A DNA stretch of 41,703 nt, from positions 1-41,703 of the forward strand of contig JAUWOS010000003.1 in assembly GCA_030611985.1 (NCBI GenBank), given 5' to 3'. The DNA is from Desulfobacterales bacterium (GTDB lineage Bacteria; Desulfobacterota; Desulfobacteria; Desulfobacterales; ETH-SRB1). Position numbers and translations under genes: made by a program. The notes under the pieces are model-generated. The model searched no databases. It saw only the letters and a program-made list of their open reading frames with translations, and was not told where the DNA came from. Shown here in pieces: positions 38,374 to 41,703 of the stretch. The number at the start of each line of letters is the position of its first letter. Within the stretch, counting starts at the first letter, position 1.

Positions 38374-40575
38374 ATGCTTACCGATCTTTCCGGACAAATT
38401 GAAAGAATTACTTATGCCAACGAGGAAAATGGTTTTACCATTGCCAGGGTGAAAGTTTACGGAAAACAAGATCTGGTTACTGTAGTCGGAAATCTGACAT
38501 CTCCCCTTCCAGGCGAGATCCTGAAAATGAATGGAGAATGGGCAAATCATCCGAAGTATGGTGAGCAGTTTAAAGTAGTAAATTGCAAGACTTCTGTCCC
38601 GGCCGACGTTTATGGAATGCGAAAATATTTAGGCTCCGGTCTTATCAAGGGAATTGGACCCGTGATGGCAAAAAGGATTACAGGCCGATTTGGCAAGAAG
38701 ACTCTCGACATTATTGAGGATGAAATTGAAAAGCTTGAAGAAGTTGAAGGCATAGGCAAAAAGCGGATCGAAATGATCAAGACAGCCTGGGATGACCAGA
38801 AAGAGATCCGTGAAGTAATGCTTTTTCTGCAGTCACATGACGTCAGTTCAGGCTATGCCACCAAAATATTCAAACAATATAAAAACAGATCAATAGCAGT
38901 GGTGAAAGAAAATCCCTACCGCCTTGCGATGGACATTTTTGGAATCGGATTTGTGACCGCTGATACTATTGCCGAAAAACTTGGATTTGACAAAAATTCC
39001 GAATTAAGAGCCGGCGCAGGCATACTCTATGTCCTCAATCAGCTCGCAAATGAGGGGCATGTTTATTATCCTTATGAATTACTTGTAAAAAAAAGTCGGG
39101 AAATTCTTCAGGTAGAAGAAGAAATTATTCTCAAGGCGCTTGCCGACAGCGCTGTTGAAAAAAGAATAGTTATTGAGACCTTTGATAACGAAATTAAAGA
39201 ATTCGGCAAAAGCAGCAAGGCAGTCTATCTGTCCAAATTTCACGTTTGCGAAACCGGCATCGCCGACCGATTAAAAACTCTGATAAACACTCCCGGATCA
39301 ATCCGTCATATTGAATTGGACAAAGCCATAAAGTGGGTGCAGGAACAGCTTGATATCAGTCTGGCCAAAAACCAGATTGATGCAATAAGATGCTCTCTTG
39401 AAAACAAGTCAATGATTATTACAGGGGGGCCGGGCACAGGCAAAACCACAATTATTGATGCTATTTTAAAGATCTTTTCAAAAATTGATGTAAAAATAAT
39501 GCTCGCAGCGCCCACAGGAAGAGCTGCAAAGCGAATGAGTGAAAATACGGGTCACAAAGCCAGTACCATTCATCGGTTGCTGGAATTCAGTTTTCAGAAA
39601 GGAGGATTTCAGAAAAACGAGGAAAAGCCGCTGGATTGTGACCTGCTGATCATAGATGAAGCATCGATGATCGACACAATTTTGATGCACCACCTTTTAA
39701 AAGCCATTCCCGCCACAGCAACTTTTATTCTTGCAGGCGATGTAAACCAGCTTCCTTCTGTAGGCGCCGGCAATATTCTTAATGATATTATCACATCAAA
39801 TGTGGCGCCGGTAGTAAGATTAAAAGAGATCTTTCGTCAGGCCAGAGAGAGTCAGATCATTGTCAATGCCCATAAGATAAACAGCGGTATTATTCCGTCA
39901 TTTGAACCGCCTGATCAATCCGGGCAAAAGAATGATTTTTATTTTATTCATCAGGAAGACCCTGAAAAAGCGCTGGAAATTATATTAAAACTTATAAAAG
40001 AGCGCATACCCCGACGTTTTGGCTTTGATCCCGTTAAAGACATTCAGGTATTAACTCCAATGCATAAGGGTCTGGTGGGAGCCGGAAACCTTAATATAGA
40101 ATTGCAAAAAGCGCTCAATTCCGGCAAAACCGGTATAATGTTGGGCAGCAGAAATTATATGGTGAACGATAAAGTAATGCAGATCAAAAACAATTATGAT
40201 AAAGATGTTTTCAATGGCGATATCGGAAAAATCATCAGTCTTTCCCAGGAAGACAGGGGAGTGATCATTTCCTTTGATGGTCGAAATGTGGTTTATGATT
40301 TTGCAGACCTGGATGAAATCGTTCTGGCCTATGCGATTTCTATACACAAGTCGCAAGGCTCTGAATATCCTGCTGTGGTTATTCCCCTTCTTACCCAGCA
40401 TTATATACTCTTACAACGCAATCTTATTTATACGGCAGTTACCAGAGGTAAAAACCTGGTTGTAATAGTTGGCTCAAAAAGAGCTATGGCAATCGGGGTG
40501 AATAACAACAAAACACAAAAACGGTTTACCTGTCTGAAACAGAGACTGGCTGCTTGTTTCAAGGAGAACATGTAA
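38374..40575 (+). CDS. recD2: ATP-dependent RecD2-type DNA helicase
   Basis: HPKYGEQF, YLGSGLIKGIGP, ENPYRL, TGGPGTGKT, APTGRAAKR, DEASM, GDVNQLPSVG, HKSQGSEY; ATG 38374 preferred. Confidence 0.93.
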   Translation: MLTDLSGQIERITYANEENGFTIARVKVYGKQDLVTVVGNLTSPLPGEILKMNGEWANHPKYGEQFKVVNCKTSVPADVYGMRKYLGSGLIKGIGPVMAKRITGRFGKKTLDIIEDEIEKLEEVEGIGKKRIEMIKTAWDDQKEIREVMLFLQSHDVSSGYATKIFKQYKNRSIAVVKENPYRLAMDIFGIGFVTADTIAEKLGFDKNSELRAGAGILYVLNQLANEGHVYYPYELLVKKSREILQVEEEIILKALADSAVEKRIVIETFDNEIKEFGKSSKAVYLSKFHVCETGIADRLKTLINTPGSIRHIELDKAIKWVQEQLDISLAKNQIDAIRCSLENKSMIITGGPGTGKTTIIDAILKIFSKIDVKIMLAAPTGRAAKRMSENTGHKASTIHRLLEFSFQKGGFQKNEEKPLDCDLLIIDEASMIDTILMHHLLKAIPATATFILAGDVNQLPSVGAGNILNDIITSNVAPVVRLKEIFRQARESQIIVNAHKINSGIIPSFEPPDQSGQKNDFYFIHQEDPEKALEIILKLIKERIPRRFGFDPVKDIQVLTPMHKGLVGAGNLNIELQKALNSGKTGIMLGSRNYMVNDKVMQIKNNYDKDVFNGDIGKIISLSQEDRGVIISFDGRNVVYDFADLDEIVLAYAISIHKSQGSEYPAVVIPLLTQHYILLQRNLIYTAVTRGKNLVVIVGSKRAMAIGVNNNKTQKRFTCLKQRLAACFKENM

Positions 40576-40577
40576 TA

Positions 40578-41508
40578 ATGGTAAATCCTGGCGCCACAGA
40601 ATTAAAAGGAAATAAAGCAAATTTTACGCCTGAAATCAGCATCATTATTCCTGCCTACCGTGAAGAGAAAGGCATAGCAACTGTTGTTGAAGAAGTTCGT
40701 CAGGTGATGGATGTGCCTGGTAGTCATTATGAGATTATTGTCGTGGATGATGGATCGGATGATGAAACGGCAAAGAAAGCAAAAGGCGCGGGCGCTATAG
40801 TTATATCTCACCCATATAATATTGGAAACGGTGCTGCCGTAAAGACAGGCATCCGAAAAGCGCATGGTGAAATTCTGGTCATGCTTGATGGGGACGGCCA
40901 GCATGCGCCGGAAGATATTCCTGAGCTTCTCGAAAAACTTGGTTCTTACGATATGGTAGTTGGCGCCCGATCGGGAAATGATCAGGCATCATTGGGACGA
41001 GCTATTGGCAACAAGATATATAATCGGCTCGCATCATATGTTGCAAAGTTCCGTGTTGAAGATCTTACTTCCGGGTTCAGGGGCTATTAAATCGGATATA
41101 GCGCACGATTTTTTATATCTGCTTCCCAACACCTATTCATATCCCACTACGTTGACATTATGTGTTTTGAGAAACGGAAGGACGTTAAAATATGTTCCTA
41201 TCAAGGCAAAGATGCGCAAATCCGGGAAAAGCGGCATAAACATATTCAATGACGGCATCCGTTTTTTCATGATCATAATAAAGATCTGCACGCTGTATTC
41301 CCCTTTCAGAATATTTCTTCCGGTAAGTTTTATTACATTCCTGACAGGTTTGTTTTATTACCTTTATACCTTTTGCATAGGAGGACGTTTTACCAACATG
41401 GGCGCTCTTTTGTTTACCACCTCCATAGTTATATTCATGATGGGGCTTGTTTCCGAGCAGATTTGTCAGATGCGGTTTGAGAAAAGTGAAGGGGATAAAT
41501 TTATTTAG
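40578..41508 (+). pseudogene. GT2 family glycosyltransferase split by a 1-base insertion (pseudogene or sequence error)
   Basis: SIIIPAY, VVDDGSDD, DGDGQH, DLTSGFR in the first ORF continue as AIKSD...YSYPTT...SPFRIF in the second; removing one G from GGGG (41080-41083) fuses them. Confidence 0.85.
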
Positions 41509-41538
41509 AAACCGTTCAAGGGAAATCAATACTGATTA

Positions 41539-41703
41539 GGAACGTGGACGAATTAACTTCCCCAAGTAGGCGCACAGATTTGGGTCGAATTTGTTTGATC
41601 TCAGATCACAAAAGTTGAAGGAATAGCGAGCTATTTCAATATTTTTGGGATTTGAGATCGGACAAAGGCGGCCTGAAGCTGTGATGCATAGTTGTGGAAG
41701 TTA
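41539..41703 (+). mobile_element. Family A element, near-complete copy running off the window end
   Basis: Colinear with 7320-7484 with a few substitutions. Confidence 0.9.

Overview
AT-rich bacterial chromosomal segment whose gene set and gene style suggest a deltaproteobacterial (Desulfobacterales-like) sulfate reducer; this is inference, not a database result. Housekeeping and envelope genes dominate: dGTPase-like HD protein, amiC, a GAF-PilB/GspE ATPase, ispF, cysS, topA, dprA, secF, an LPS operon, a Kef-type antiporter, a CDF exporter, an octaheme cytochrome c, tadA, purA, galE, wzz, alr, purN and recD2, plus four tRNAs (Glu-CTC, Asn-GTT, Arg-ACG, Pro-CGG). There is one apparently intact IS1595-family element with an 8-bp target duplication. 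Most larger intergenic spaces hold small non-autonomous palindromic elements from at least five families (an IS66-like MITE with 8-bp TSDs, a 180-bp TIR element that sits next to stop codons, and REP-like hairpins), several nested inside each other. One nested copy lies in the predicted tRNA-Glu leader and one rewrites the IspF C-terminus. Between the convergent tRNA-Asn and tRNA-Arg genes is a collapsed island made of serine recombinase, AAA-ATPase, BrxL-like and tyrosine integrase fragments. The most unusual intact gene encodes an orphan protein that looks like a primase-large-subunit/PriCT-type Cys4 domain fused to a recombinase-type DNA-binding helix, located where secD would be expected. 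No CRISPR array or complete novel multi-gene system could be supported. All protein assignments come from motif recognition by eye.
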